The notes under the pieces were generated by a model. It was not told where the DNA came from, searched no databases, and saw only the letters and a list, made by a program, of their open reading frames with translations. Of a DNA stretch of 61,130 nucleotides, positions 10,084 through 21,095 are shown piece after piece. The first letter of the stretch is position 1. The number at the start of each line of letters is the position of its first letter. The DNA is from an uncultured Clostridiaceae bacterium (GTDB lineage: Bacteria > Bacillota > Clostridia > TANB77 > CAG-508): contig CAMMAC010000006.1 in the NCBI GenBank assembly GCA_946493085.1, positions 1 through 61,130 of the forward strand, given 5' to 3'. The position numbers were made by a program, and so were the translations under genes.

Positions 10084-10668
10084 ATGAAAATTATTGGAGT
10101 AACAGGCAGTTCAGGTGCTGGAAAGACAGAAGTATGTAGAATATTACAAGAACAATTTGATGCAGAAGTGATTGATGCAGATGCAGTGGCTAAGAAATTA
10201 TCTAAAAAAGGAACTTTATATCTCAATTCTATTGTAAGTCATTTTGGAGCAGATATTGTATACAAAAATGGTGCATTAAATCGTAAAAAGTTAGCTAACA
10301 TGATATACGAAGATGACCAGAAAAGAGAACAATTAAATAGATGTACTTTTGACTTTATTGTGCAAGATATCAAAAAGCGCATTAACAAAGTAAATCATAA
10401 AGAAATGATTTTAATCGATGCTCCTTTACTATTTGAAAGTGGACTAAATAGTATTTGTGATAATGTAATTGTAGTTTTAGCAAAGCAAGAAGAACAAATC
10501 AAAAGAATATGTAAAAGAGATGGTATTACAGAAGAAGTGGCTAAAAAACGATTAAGTGCCCAAAATACAAATGAATACTTTGAAGAAGTGGGAGACATTG
10601 TCATTGTAAATGACAAAACACTAGAAGATTTAAAACAAAAAATAGAAGAAATTGAAAGAGAAATTTAA
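10084..10668 (+). CDS. coaE: dephospho-CoA kinase
   Basis: IGVTGSSGAGKT, IDAD, DAPLLFE. Confidence 0.93.
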   Translation: MKIIGVTGSSGAGKTEVCRILQEQFDAEVIDADAVAKKLSKKGTLYLNSIVSHFGADIVYKNGALNRKKLANMIYEDDQKREQLNRCTFDFIVQDIKKRINKVNHKEMILIDAPLLFESGLNSICDNVIVVLAKQEEQIKRICKRDGITEEVAKKRLSAQNTNEYFEEVGDIVIVNDKTLEDLKQKIEEIEREI

Positions 10669-10784
10669 TTTTACAATATTATTACAAAAACATAACATTT
10701 CTGTGACAGTATTGAATTGCAAATGCTTTTAGAATATAATGAAAGAAAAATAATGTTCTTTTGAAAAAGCTTGGAGGGGAGTGT

Positions 10785-11327
10785 ATGGAAGAGACATTTG
10801 CAGATTATATTTTAGCGGAAAAAGACTGGGTTAGAAAAATGGAAATTGTTTACTATTTAGAAAAAAAAGCTAAAATATTTTTTGATAAAACTGTAGTTTT
10901 AAAAACAGAGATGGCGAAATTATTTATAGAAACAATGCACCTAGATGTAGATGAGAATATGGTCATTACAGCTTGTCTATTATGTAATTGTAAGAAGAAA
11001 GATAGTTTTACAGATTTAGATGAAATTCATACTTATGCTAAAAAAGGAGCAGAGTATTTGCGTACGCTTGGATTTTCAGATAGATTTTGTAAAATTTGTG
11101 AAGAAGTAAATAGATATAGTGGAAGTGAGCCTAGAGAAAAGGAAAGCGACATTTTAGAATTGGTAGATCAATTTGGAGGAATGGTTTCGGATAGACCAGA
11201 AAGAAAAGGATTTGCCGTAGAAGATGCTTTAACTTTATTGGAACATAGAAATTTAAAAGGAAAAGATAATAGATATCTTTCCCAATTTAAAGAATTTATT
11301 ACACAAATGCAGGAGGTGTATGTATAA
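10785..11327 (+). CDS. degenerate HD/HD-GYP-like protein
   Basis: LLCNCKK where LLHDIGK is expected; DILELVDQFGGMVSDRPERKG resembles the HD-GYP C-terminal motif. Confidence 0.55.
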   Translation: MEETFADYILAEKDWVRKMEIVYYLEKKAKIFFDKTVVLKTEMAKLFIETMHLDVDENMVITACLLCNCKKKDSFTDLDEIHTYAKKGAEYLRTLGFSDRFCKICEEVNRYSGSEPREKESDILELVDQFGGMVSDRPERKGFAVEDALTLLEHRNLKGKDNRYLSQFKEFITQMQEVYV

Positions 11328-11584
11328 TGGAAAATCGTATTACAGAGGCTATGACTTATATGATTGAACAGAATAAAAGATCCACTGATACAAAACAAGC
11401 GGTGATTAATGCAGCAAATTCTTATGAATATATTAAAACAGCACAAAAAATATTAGAAGAACAGATGTTAAATGCAAGAAAAGAAGCAAAAGATGTTCAA
11501 CTTACTCCTAGTGTGGAGGACATAAAAAGAGAAATGGAAACCATTGTAATGAGAAGAACAAATGAAGAAGAAAAAGAAAGATAA
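11327..11584 (+). CDS. hypothetical protein
   Basis: GGAGG RBS, overlaps the upstream stop (TAATG), followed by a terminator hairpin. Confidence 0.7.
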   Translation: MENRITEAMTYMIEQNKRSTDTKQAVINAANSYEYIKTAQKILEEQMLNARKEAKDVQLTPSVEDIKREMETIVMRRTNEEEKER

Positions 11585-11631
11585 AAGCTAGAAAATCTAG
11601 CTTTTCTTTTTAGAAGAAAAGGAGCTAAAAA

Positions 11632-12822
11632 ATGTACGAAATATTTGCAGATTTACATGTTCATATAGGAAGAACAGAAAATGGAAAACCAGTAAAAATA
11701 ACAGCGGCAAGGTCTTTAAATTTTGCCAATATTGCAAAAGAATGTTATGAGAGAAAAGGAATACAAGTAGTAGGTATTATTGATTGTGCTTCTCCTTATG
11801 TAATAGAAGATATAGAAAACTTTTTGAAAACAGGAGAAGCCTATGAAATAGAAGAAGGAGGCATTATTTATAAAGACGAAATTTGTATTTTATTAGGAAG
11901 CGAAGTGGAAACTTCTGAAGAGGGAAGAAATGGAAAAGCAGGAGCAGCACATAATATTTGCTTCTTTCCACACTTGCAAGACATCAAGGCTTTTTCTAAT
12001 GAAATGAGCAGGCATATCAAAAATATAACCTTAAGTACGCAACGTTCCGATATTTCTGGTTATGAATTAATCGATATTGTAGAAAAATATCATGGTATTG
12101 TAATTCCTGCCCATATCTTTACACCACATAAAAGTTATTATGGCAATTGCACAGACCGTTTAGCATATATTTTTAAAGAAAAATTGGATAAAATTTTTGC
12201 GGTAGAATTAGGTCTTAGTTCTGATACAGAATTAGCAGATGAAATAACAGAATTAGAAACAAAAACTTTCCTTACCAATTCGGATGCTCATTCTCTACCA
12301 AAAATCGCAAGAGAATACAATAAAATGCTAGTAGAGGAAATTTCTTTTCAAGAAATAGTAAAAGCATTAAAAGGAGAAGATGGTAGAAAAATATTGGCTA
12401 ATTATGGATTAGATCCAAAATTAGGAAAATATCATAGAACTTATTGTGATGATTGTAATCAAACGATTGAAACCAAAGAGCCAGTAGAGATTTGCCCAAA
12501 ATGTGGTGGAAAAAATATTACTTTTGGCGTTTTTGATAGAATAGAACTTATCAAAGATAAAAAGGAAAGTAAAAGCCCAGCAAATAGACCTCAGTATATT
12601 TATCAAGTACCTCTTAGCTTTATTCCGGGAGTAGGAAACAAAGTAATGGATAAATTATTAACCCATTTTGGAACAGAAATGAATATTCTTCACAAGACCA
12701 CAAAAGACGATTTAGAAGCCGTAGTAGGAGACAAAATTGCCACAGCAATAGTAAAGGCAAGAGAGGGCAAAGCACAAATACAAGCTGGTGGCGGAGGCAT
12801 TTATGGGAAAGTAAAGGAATAA
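11632..12822 (+). CDS. endonuclease Q family PHP/zinc-finger protein (YqxK-like)
   Basis: DLHVH, PAHIFTP, ELGLSSD, NSDAHS, GKYH..CxxC..CPxCG; conserved position next to spoIIM-xerD. Confidence 0.88.
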   Translation: MYEIFADLHVHIGRTENGKPVKITAARSLNFANIAKECYERKGIQVVGIIDCASPYVIEDIENFLKTGEAYEIEEGGIIYKDEICILLGSEVETSEEGRNGKAGAAHNICFFPHLQDIKAFSNEMSRHIKNITLSTQRSDISGYELIDIVEKYHGIVIPAHIFTPHKSYYGNCTDRLAYIFKEKLDKIFAVELGLSSDTELADEITELETKTFLTNSDAHSLPKIAREYNKMLVEEISFQEIVKALKGEDGRKILANYGLDPKLGKYHRTYCDDCNQTIETKEPVEICPKCGGKNITFGVFDRIELIKDKKESKSPANRPQYIYQVPLSFIPGVGNKVMDKLLTHFGTEMNILHKTTKDDLEAVVGDKIATAIVKAREGKAQIQAGGGGIYGKVKE

Positions 12823-12902
12823 GAAAATAAATTTTAGTTCTAATCTTTTTCGTTATGGAATAGACATTATGTAGAAGGAAAATAGAGAGGAAGGAAAAAG
12901 AT

Positions 12903-13562
12903 TTGAACAGAAAACAAGAGAAGAGAACACCAAAAAAGGGGAAAACATGGCTTCCCCTTATCAAACAGCATATTAGCAATCATAAAAGAGAATATTGTAT
13001 TGTGGCACTACTTTTTTTAATAGGTATTGTAGTAGGTATTCTTTTTGTAAATAATATGGCACAAGCAGAAGTAAGCAAAACGCAAGAATATTTGAATAAT
13101 TTTATAACTGCACTAAAAACAGATTATCAAATTGACCAAGGTGTATTATTAAAAAATTCTATTGTGCAATATGTACTACTAGCAGTCTTGCTTTGGTTTA
13201 TGGGGTCTACTGTAATTGGAATTCCGGTAGTATATGCCATAGTGGCAATAAGAGGATTTAGTTTAGGCTATACGGTATCTAGCATTATAGCAACTTTGGG
13301 AGTGGGAAAAGGAATTTTATTTTGTGTAAGTACTATGTTATTGCAAAACATAGTAGCCATTCCTGCTATTTTAGCATTGGCAGTTAGTGGAATAAAATTA
13401 TATCAATCTATTGTAAAAGATAATCGCAGAGAAAATATAAAATTAGAAATATGTAGACATACGGTTTTTTCTATTTTTATGCTAGTACTACTATTATTTT
13501 CTTCTGTAATAGAGGTGTATTTATCTAGCAATTTGCTGATGTGGACAGTAACCATGATGTAA
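12903..13562 (+). CDS. spoIIM: stage II sporulation protein M
   Basis: Multi-TM protein with IGIP..RGFSLGYT..QN..P; synteny with xerD. Confidence 0.85.
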   Translation: MNRKQEKRTPKKGKTWLPLIKQHISNHKREYCIVALLFLIGIVVGILFVNNMAQAEVSKTQEYLNNFITALKTDYQIDQGVLLKNSIVQYVLLAVLLWFMGSTVIGIPVVYAIVAIRGFSLGYTVSSIIATLGVGKGILFCVSTMLLQNIVAIPAILALAVSGIKLYQSIVKDNRRENIKLEICRHTVFSIFMLVLLLFSSVIEVYLSSNLLMWTVTMM

Positions 13563-13699
13563 TTGCAGAAAAAAATTGTAGAATTTTGTAAAAATGACTT
13601 TACTTTTTTTTAGGAATTTGATATAACATATATAGTTTATGTAAATTGTATCAATTTGTACATAAAAAATAAAATCAATAAGAGAATAGGGGAGCTGAA

Positions 13700-14581
13700 A
13701 TGGAAAAACAAATTAAACTTTTTTTAGAATTTCTTCAAAATGATAAGAAGGTATCCGATAATACCTTACAATCTTATAAAAGAGACATTATGTATTATCA
13801 CAAATATTTAGAGAGTAACAATTTAAACTATGCAAAAATGGAAGAAGAAGATATTAAAGATTATCTAACTCATTTGCAAGAAGTAGGAAAGAAACCATCT
13901 ACTGTTTCTAGAAGTTTAGCATCAATTCGTTCTTTTTATCAATTTTTAGTAAAAAATAAAAAAGCAAAAAAAGATCCAACTGCCAATATACAATCTCCAA
14001 AAATTGAAAAAAAGGCACCAAGTGTATTAACAGCAAAAGAAGTAGAATTGTTATTAGACCAACCAAAAGATGTTGATTTAAAAGGAACTAGAGATAAAGC
14101 AATGTTAGAATTTGCTTATGCAACAGGAATGAGAGTAACAGAAATTATTTCCTTAAATATAGAGGATATTAATCTAGAAGAAGGCTATGCTGTGTGTCGT
14201 ACAGGAGCAAAGCAAAGAACTATACCATTAGGCTCTATGTCTTTAAAAGCCCTAAAAGAATATATAGAAGAAGCTAGACCAATTTTAATTAAAGATGAAA
14301 GTGTAAAAGCACTATTTGTGAATATTAATGGTCAAAGATTAACCAGACAAGGTTTCTGGAAAATTGTAAAATATTATAAAGAACAAGCTCATATTACAAA
14401 AGATATTACACCACATGTACTTAGACATTCTTTTGCTACACATCTTTTGCAAAATGGAGCAGACCTAAAAGCCATTCAAACAATGCTTGGACATTCTGAT
14501 ATTTCTTCTACACAAGTTTATATGCAGTTTCAAGATGAAGGTTTGAAAAATGTTTATAGAAAAGCTCACCCAAGAGCATAA
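13700..14581 (+). CDS. xerD: site-specific tyrosine recombinase XerD
   Basis: RDKAMLE..YATGMRVTE, LTRQGFW, TPHVLRHSFATHLL, LGH..TQVY. Confidence 0.92.
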   Translation: MEKQIKLFLEFLQNDKKVSDNTLQSYKRDIMYYHKYLESNNLNYAKMEEEDIKDYLTHLQEVGKKPSTVSRSLASIRSFYQFLVKNKKAKKDPTANIQSPKIEKKAPSVLTAKEVELLLDQPKDVDLKGTRDKAMLEFAYATGMRVTEIISLNIEDINLEEGYAVCRTGAKQRTIPLGSMSLKALKEYIEEARPILIKDESVKALFVNINGQRLTRQGFWKIVKYYKEQAHITKDITPHVLRHSFATHLLQNGADLKAIQTMLGHSDISSTQVYMQFQDEGLKNVYRKAHPRA

Positions 14582-15111
14582 AATAAAGAGATAAAATAGA
14601 AGAAGAGTAACTTTATCAAAAAAAGTACTCTTTTTTTTGCGCGTAAAAAATCCGTGACCTTATTTTTCAAAGCGAAAAGAGTGCTAAAGGAAGTAATACG
14701 AAAATAAAATGGTGATAAGGAAAAGAAAAATAAAGGAGCCAAGCAAATGCCTATATTATACCGGACGAAATTTGTTTTCAAGAAGAAAAACTAAAACAGC
14801 TTGTCGACTTGGTAAAAAAAACATTAATTTCTAAAAATACTATATGGGCGGTAGAACCAGATAGAAAATGTTGTGAGATATTACAACAAAAAGGTTATAA
14901 AAATATTATAAATACAAGTTTTGAAAATACTTGTGCAAGGGCATTTTTTATTAGAACGATTCTTGGAGCAAGAAAAATTAACGACAAATATCTTGACAGC
15001 CAAGCATAATAAGGTTAAAATAAAATAGGAGACAAAATATATTCTAAAAATCAATTAGAGTGATATATATTTATGTACATTGAAAATAAAATAAGAAAGA
15101 GGTGTAAAATT

Positions 15112-16653
15112 ATGGAAATCATAATTAATATCGCCGTATTTCTAGTCTCAGCCGTTATTTTCACTTTTGTAGGAATTGCAATTCGTAAGAAAATAGCAGA
15201 ATCTAAAATGAAAAGTGCAGAAAGTGAAGCAAAAAGAATTATTGAACTAGCAAATAAAGAAGCAGAAAATAAGAAAAAAGAAGAAATTTTTAAAGCAAAA
15301 GAAGAAATTATGAATGCTAGACAAGAATTAGACAAAGAGATTAGGGAAAGAAGGGGCGAAGTACAAAGTCAAGAAAGACGCTTAATCCAAAAAGAAGAAA
15401 ATCTTGAGAGAAAAATGGAAAATCTAGAAAAAAAGGAAAGAGAACTAGATAGTAAACTACAAGCACAGCAAAAAAGAAAAGAGGAAATCGATAGCCTTTA
15501 TGACCAAAAAATGCTAGAGTTGCAAAAAGTAGCAGAACTTACAGCAGAAGAAGCAAAAAAACAATTGCTTACAGAGTTAGAAAAGCAAATTACAAATGAG
15601 CAAGCAGCTATTATCAGAGAGAAAGAACAAAAAGCAAAAGAAACAGCAGATAGAAATGCAAGAGAGTTAATTAGTTATGCTATCCAAAAATGTGCAGCAG
15701 ACCATTCTCAAGAAACAACTGTATCGATTGTACCACTTCCTAACGATGATATGAAAGGAAGAATTATTGGTAGAGAAGGAAGAAATATAAAGGCATTAGA
15801 AACATTAACAGGAATTGACTTAATTATTGATGATACACCAGAGGCTGTTGTCATTTCAGGTTTTGATCCATTAAGAAGAGAAGTAGCCAAAATTGCTCTT
15901 GAAAAATTAATTGATGATGGTAGAATTCATCCAGCTAAGATAGAAGAAATGGTAGAAAAGGCAAAAGAAGAGCTAGAGCAAACTATCAAAGAAGAAGGCG
16001 AAAGAGCAGCTATGGAGGCAGGGGTATTAGATTTACATCCTGATATCATAGCACTACTTGGAAAACTAAGATATAGGACAAGCTATGGACAAAATGTCTT
16101 AAATCATTCCATAGAAGTTTCTAATTTAGCAAGAATTATGGCAGAAGAGATGGGACTAAATCCAAAAGTGGCTAGAAGAGCAGGTCTTCTTCATGATATT
16201 GGAAAAGCATTAGACCATGATATGGAAGGAACACACGTAGAAATAGGTGTAGAAATATTGAAAAAATATAAAGAAAATGACATTGTAATAAATGCAGTAG
16301 AAGCACATCATGGAGATGTAGAGCCTTTAAGCATAGAAGCTGTATTAGTACAAGCAGCAGATGCTATTTCAGCGTCAAGACCAGGTGCTAGAAGAGAAAC
16401 ACTAGAAGCCTATATTAAAAGATTAGAAAAATTAGAAGAAATTGCAGATTCTTTTGATGGAGTAGAAAAATCTTTTGCTATCCAGGCAGGACGTGAAGTA
16501 AGAATTATTGTAAAACCAGAAAAAATTTCCGATAGCAAAATGACATTACTTGCTAGAGATGTTGCTAAGAAAGTAGAAGAAGAAATGGATTATCCAGGAC
16601 AAATTAAAGTCAACATCATTAGAGAGACAAGAGTAGTAGATTACGCAAAATAA
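15112..16653 (+). CDS. rny: ribonuclease Y
   Basis: TM plus coiled coil, KH domain [13 protein letters not shown] domain LLHDIGK. Confidence 0.97.
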   Translation: MEIIINIAVFLVSAVIFTFVGIAIRKKIAESKMKSAESEAKRIIELANKEAENKKKEEIFKAKEEIMNARQELDKEIRERRGEVQSQERRLIQKEENLERKMENLEKKERELDSKLQAQQKRKEEIDSLYDQKMLELQKVAELTAEEAKKQLLTELEKQITNEQAAIIREKEQKAKETADRNARELISYAIQKCAADHSQETTVSIVPLPNDDMKGRIIGREGRNIKALETLTGIDLIIDDTPEAVVISGFDPLRREVAKIALEKLIDDGRIHPAKIEEMVEKAKEELEQTIKEEGERAAMEAGVLDLHPDIIALLGKLRYRTSYGQNVLNHSIEVSNLARIMAEEMGLNPKVARRAGLLHDIGKALDHDMEGTHVEIGVEILKKYKENDIVINAVEAHHGDVEPLSIEAVLVQAADAISASRPGARRETLEAYIKRLEKLEEIADSFDGVEKSFAIQAGREVRIIVKPEKISDSKMTLLARDVAKKVEEEMDYPGQIKVNIIRETRVVDYAK

Positions 16654-16682
16654 TGCAATTTAGGGACGTTCCTTAAAGTTCA
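16654..16682. repeat. 29 bp REP-like palindrome (family 1)
   Basis: tgcaatttagggacgttccttaaagttca directly after the rny stop. Confidence 0.75.
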
Positions 16683-16837
16683 TAAAAACAAAAAATAAAA
16701 AGCTTTAGATTGAAAAATATCTAGGGCTTTTTTCTTTACGAATGTGTTCAAAACTTAAATTTTTCTAAAAAACCTTTCTTTTTTTTGAAATATATAATAT
16801 AATAGGCTCATAAATTTATGCCAAGGAGGAAATCAAA

Positions 16838-19570
16838 ATGAGTAGTAGTGGCAAAACAAGCAAACATACAAAAAGTGATATGGATAAAACAAAACAATAT
16901 AAAATAAAGAAGAGCAAGAAAAATAAAAAATCCTCAAATAATGAGGAAACAAAAGTAATGAAAGATGGGAAAAATTATCAAAAAGTAAAGAAACCAAAAC
17001 AGAAAAAACATAAAGTTTTAAAAAGAGTAATTTTAGGATTCTTTTTAATTTGCTTAATATTGGTTATTATTGCGTTAGGAATTGTAGCAGGCATCTTCTT
17101 TAGTGATAAGTATCAAATGTCCAAAGATGTTCTAAGTATTGAAAAGAGAAATTCTACCGTAGTAGATGCAGATGGAAATGTAATTGCAACTTTAGCAGGA
17201 GAAGAAAACAGAAAACCGATTTCTCTAGATGAAATGCCAACATATTTGCCAAAAGCATTTATTGCAATAGAGGACAAGAGATTTTATGAGCATGGAGCTG
17301 TAGATTGGGGAAGGACTTTATATGCAACAGTTACTTATATATTTAATGGAGGAAAATCCTCTTTTGGAGGAAGTACAATTACACAACAATTAATTAAAAA
17401 CTTGTATGATGATGACGATAGAAGTGGTCTTGCTGGAATTGAAAGAAAAATTAGAGAGATGGCACGTGCCTATAACCTAGAAAAGGTTGCTTCTAAAGAC
17501 GAAATACTTGAAACTTATTTAAATTATATTTACCTAGGTGGTTATAAAGATGGAATCGATGTAATGGGAGTAGAAGTGGCATCAGAATATTATTTCTCTA
17601 AATCGGCAAAAGATTTAACTATTGCGCAAGCTGCTTTCTTAGCAGGAATTAATAATACGCCAAATAGTTATTATCCTTTTGATGCAGAAACAGATAATAC
17701 AGAAAAAATACAAACTAGAACAAAAACTGTACTTGCAGAAATGAAAGACCAAGGTTACATATCAGAAGAAGAATATAATACAGCTGTAGCAGAAGTAGAT
17801 GCAGGTCTAGGTTTTCAAAAAGGAAATGTAAGCAATGCTGTTAACTATTCTTATCATACATCAGCTGCTATTGAACAAGTAATTACTGATTTGATGGAAC
17901 AAGAAGAAGACTTATCCTATAAAGCAGCAAAAGCAAGAATATTTAGTAATGGATATACCATTTATACAACACAAAAAACAGAGATACAGAATACAATGGA
18001 AACAGAATACAAAAAAGATACTTATGTAGTAAATGGTAGAGAAAAGAAAGACGGACAATTAATTAATACAGGACATAGCCAATCTGCAATGGTCATTATA
18101 GACCATACAACGGGGCAAGTAGTTGGTACAATGGGGGCTTTAGGTTCAGATTCAGATGTTTCTGGCATGAATAGAGCCACACAAGGAAAAATACAGCCAG
18201 GCTCTTCATTTAAACCAATTGCTGTAATTGCTCCAGCACTAGAAGAAGGAATTATTACAGCAGCTACTGTATATGATGATACAAAAACAACCTTTGGAGG
18301 AAATTATAGTCCTAAAAATTCTGGAAGTTATAGAGGACTTCAAACTGTAAGAAATGCAATTGCACACTCTTCTAACGTAATTAATGTAAAAATTTTGGCA
18401 GAACTAGGAACCTCTAAATCTATAGAATTCTTGCATAATATTGGAGTAGAAAATGTAGGCGATAGTGCAGATTTATCTTTAGCTTTGGGAACACCAAGTG
18501 TAACTCCATTGGAGATGGCAGCAGCTTATGCAGCGATTGCAAACGATGGTGTCTATATAGAACCTACTTTTTATACAAAAGTAGAAGATAGCAATGGAAA
18601 TACAGTAGTAGAGGCAACACAGGAGAGCAGAAGAGTAATGAGTGAGGACAATGCCTATATTCTAAAATCTATCTTAACAGCACCAGTAAAAAGTGGTACA
18701 GCTACAAACTGTACAATCTCTGGAATGGATGTAGCTGCTAAAACAGGTTCTACAGAAGAATATCGTGATAGATGGCTATGTGGATTTACGCCATATTATA
18801 CTGCAGCTACTTGGTTTGGTTTTGATAACCCAGAAAGACCAAGGGGAGGAAATATAAGCAATAGCAGTAATACAGCATCTATTATTTGGATAACGATTAT
18901 GAGAAATATCCATAAAGGTTTAGCAAATGCTTCCTTTGAAAAAACAAGCAATATTGTATCTGCAACCATTTGCTTAGATTCTGGAAAAGTAGCTACTTCT
19001 TCTTGTAGCAGAACTACTTCAGAAGTATTTGTAAAAGGCACTGTACCAGGAGCTTGTGAAGGGCACCAAAAATTAACGATTTGTACAGATACAGGAAAAA
19101 TTGCTAATGAATATTGTCCAAATGTAGAAGAAAAAACATATTTAGTAAAACCAGAAAAAGAAAATACAAAATTATGGTCAACACCAGATGGAGGAAAATA
19201 CAATGTTCCAACAGAGACTTGTACAGAGCATAAAGAAGCAGAAAAAGTAAAGGTACCAAATGTACTAGGAAAAACAGAAGCACAAGCGAAAAAAGCTTTG
19301 GAAGATTTAGGATTGAAAGTGCAAACAAAATATGATAATGATAGTAGCGAAGATAATGGAGTAGTATTAGCACAGAGTCAAAAAGAGGGAGCAGAAGTAG
19401 AAAAAGGAGCAACCATTACAATTACAGTTAATCGAAAGCAAACCAATACACAATCCAACACACAAAACAATAATACAACTAATAGAACAAATACGCAATC
19501 GAATAACGTAGTAGATGATGATGAGACAACAGGTGGAGATAAAACAAATACGAATGACGATAATACTTAA
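16838..19570 (+). CDS. class A PBP (PBP1A family) with PASTA domain
   Basis: EDKRFYEH, GGSTITQQLIKN, SSFK, KTG, C-terminal PASTA and Asn/Thr-rich tail. Confidence 0.93.
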   Translation: MSSSGKTSKHTKSDMDKTKQYKIKKSKKNKKSSNNEETKVMKDGKNYQKVKKPKQKKHKVLKRVILGFFLICLILVIIALGIVAGIFFSDKYQMSKDVLSIEKRNSTVVDADGNVIATLAGEENRKPISLDEMPTYLPKAFIAIEDKRFYEHGAVDWGRTLYATVTYIFNGGKSSFGGSTITQQLIKNLYDDDDRSGLAGIERKIREMARAYNLEKVASKDEILETYLNYIYLGGYKDGIDVMGVEVASEYYFSKSAKDLTIAQAAFLAGINNTPNSYYPFDAETDNTEKIQTRTKTVLAEMKDQGYISEEEYNTAVAEVDAGLGFQKGNVSNAVNYSYHTSAAIEQVITDLMEQEEDLSYKAAKARIFSNGYTIYTTQKTEIQNTMETEYKKDTYVVNGREKKDGQLINTGHSQSAMVIIDHTTGQVVGTMGALGSDSDVSGMNRATQGKIQPGSSFKPIAVIAPALEEGIITAATVYDDTKTTFGGNYSPKNSGSYRGLQTVRNAIAHSSNVINVKILAELGTSKSIEFLHNIGVENVGDSADLSLALGTPSVTPLEMAAAYAAIANDGVYIEPTFYTKVEDSNGNTVVEATQESRRVMSEDNAYILKSILTAPVKSGTATNCTISGMDVAAKTGSTEEYRDRWLCGFTPYYTAATWFGFDNPERPRGGNISNSSNTASIIWITIMRNIHKGLANASFEKTSNIVSATICLDSGKVATSSCSRTTSEVFVKGTVPGACEGHQKLTICTDTGKIANEYCPNVEEKTYLVKPEKENTKLWSTPDGGKYNVPTETCTEHKEAEKVKVPNVLGKTEAQAKKALEDLGLKVQTKYDNDSSEDNGVVLAQSQKEGAEVEKGATITITVNRKQTNTQSNTQNNNTTNRTNTQSNNVVDDDETTGGDKTNTNDDNT

Positions 19571-19656
19571 TTTTATACTAGATACTATCTAAAAAATAGT
19601 ATCTAGTATGCCTGTCTTAAAATAAAAAAGTTCTTAGAACTAGAAAGGAAAGAAAA

Positions 19657-21060
19657 ATGCAAGTTACTTTATATAATACATTAACCAAAAAGAAAGAAGA
19701 TTTTGTACCATTACAGAAAGAAGCGGTACGCATATATACTTGTGGTCCAACCGTATATAGCTATGCACATATTGGTAATTTTAGAGCTTATATTTTTATG
19801 GATAATTTAAGAAGAACTCTAGAATATAATGGATATACTTTAAAACATGTCATGAACCTTACAGATGTAGGACATTTAGAATCAGATGCAGATGAGGGAG
19901 AAGACAAAATGGAAAAAGCAGCTAGAAGAGAGAATAAAGATCCGTATGAAATCGCAAAATTTTATGCAGATATATTTTTTAGAGATATGGGAAGACTACA
20001 TATAGAAAAACCAGAAATCATAGCAAAAGCAACAGACCATATTCCAGAAATGATGTCTTTTGTGGAAGAATTAATCAAAAATGGATATGCTTATGAGACA
20101 TCAAGAGCTATCTATTTTGATATTTCTAAATTAGATAAATATCCGGTTCTATCTAATCGTAAGTTAGATGACCAAATTGCAGGAGCTAGGGTAGAAGTAG
20201 ATCCAGAAAAAAGAAATCCTTATGATTTTGCTGTATGGATTAAAGCACCAGAAAACCATATTATGAAATGGGAAAGTCCATGGGGATTATCCTATCCAGG
20301 ATGGCATTTAGAGTGCTCTGCCATGAGTAGAAAATATTTAGGAGATGTTTTTGATATTCATACTGGTGGAGTAGATCATATCCCAACACATCACGAAAAT
20401 GAAATTGCACAAAGTAAAGGATGCACAGGAAAGATACCAGCTAAAATATGGATGCATGTAGAGTTTTTGCAAGTAGATGGTGGCAAAATGTCTAAAAGTT
20501 TGGAAAATACATATACATTGGACCAATTACAAGAAAAAGGAATAGAACCATTAGCTTATAAATTATTCTGCTATACAGCACATTATAGGACAAAATTGAA
20601 TTTCACTTTTGATAGTGCACTTTCTACACAAAAAGCATTAAATCGTTTGAGAGAAGCTTATGTAAAACACGAAGAAGCTCCAAAAATGAAAATAGAAGAA
20701 AACAAAATACAATCTTATAAAGAACGCTTTTTAGAAGCAATTAATGATGACTTAAATATGCCGCTTGCTATGGGAATTGTATGGGAGATTGCTAGAAATG
20801 AAATAAAAGCGAAAGAATGGGCAGACTTATTATTAGAATTAGATAAGGTATTAGCATTAGATTTAAAAAATAGCAAAAGTTATTTAGAAACAGAAAAGAA
20901 AGTAGAATTGCCAGAAGAAATTCAAAAAATGGTAGAAGAAAGAAAAATAGCAAGACAAAATAAAGATTGGGCAAAATCAGATGAGTTAAGAGAGAAAATA
21001 GAGCAAGCTGGATATCATGTAAAAGACACAAAAGAAGGTATGACAGTAGAAAAATTTTAG
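19657..21060 (+). CDS. cysS: cysteine--tRNA ligase
   Basis: CGPTVY..HIGN, PGWHLECSAM, KMSKS. Confidence 0.97.
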   Translation: MQVTLYNTLTKKKEDFVPLQKEAVRIYTCGPTVYSYAHIGNFRAYIFMDNLRRTLEYNGYTLKHVMNLTDVGHLESDADEGEDKMEKAARRENKDPYEIAKFYADIFFRDMGRLHIEKPEIIAKATDHIPEMMSFVEELIKNGYAYETSRAIYFDISKLDKYPVLSNRKLDDQIAGARVEVDPEKRNPYDFAVWIKAPENHIMKWESPWGLSYPGWHLECSAMSRKYLGDVFDIHTGGVDHIPTHHENEIAQSKGCTGKIPAKIWMHVEFLQVDGGKMSKSLENTYTLDQLQEKGIEPLAYKLFCYTAHYRTKLNFTFDSALSTQKALNRLREAYVKHEEAPKMKIEENKIQSYKERFLEAINDDLNMPLAMGIVWEIARNEIKAKEWADLLLELDKVLALDLKNSKSYLETEKKVELPEEIQKMVEERKIARQNKDWAKSDELREKIEQAGYHVKDTKEGMTVEKF

Positions 21061-21095
21061 CAAACTACGTGCAAGAAGAAAGGAATGGAAAGAAA

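Noticed and set aside
13700-14581. Integrase of a prophage or island
   Set aside because: Sequence and yqxK-spoIIM-xerD synteny indicate housekeeping XerD; no att sites or phage genes seen.
14730-15009. Possible seventh CGG site (ATG 14747, CGG 14762) and the 66 aa ORF 14809-15009
   Set aside because: The +1 product is a short unrecognisable peptide. The more protein-like frame (WAVEPD..KGY, perhaps a methyltransferase remnant) is a different frame with no good start, so I did not count it.
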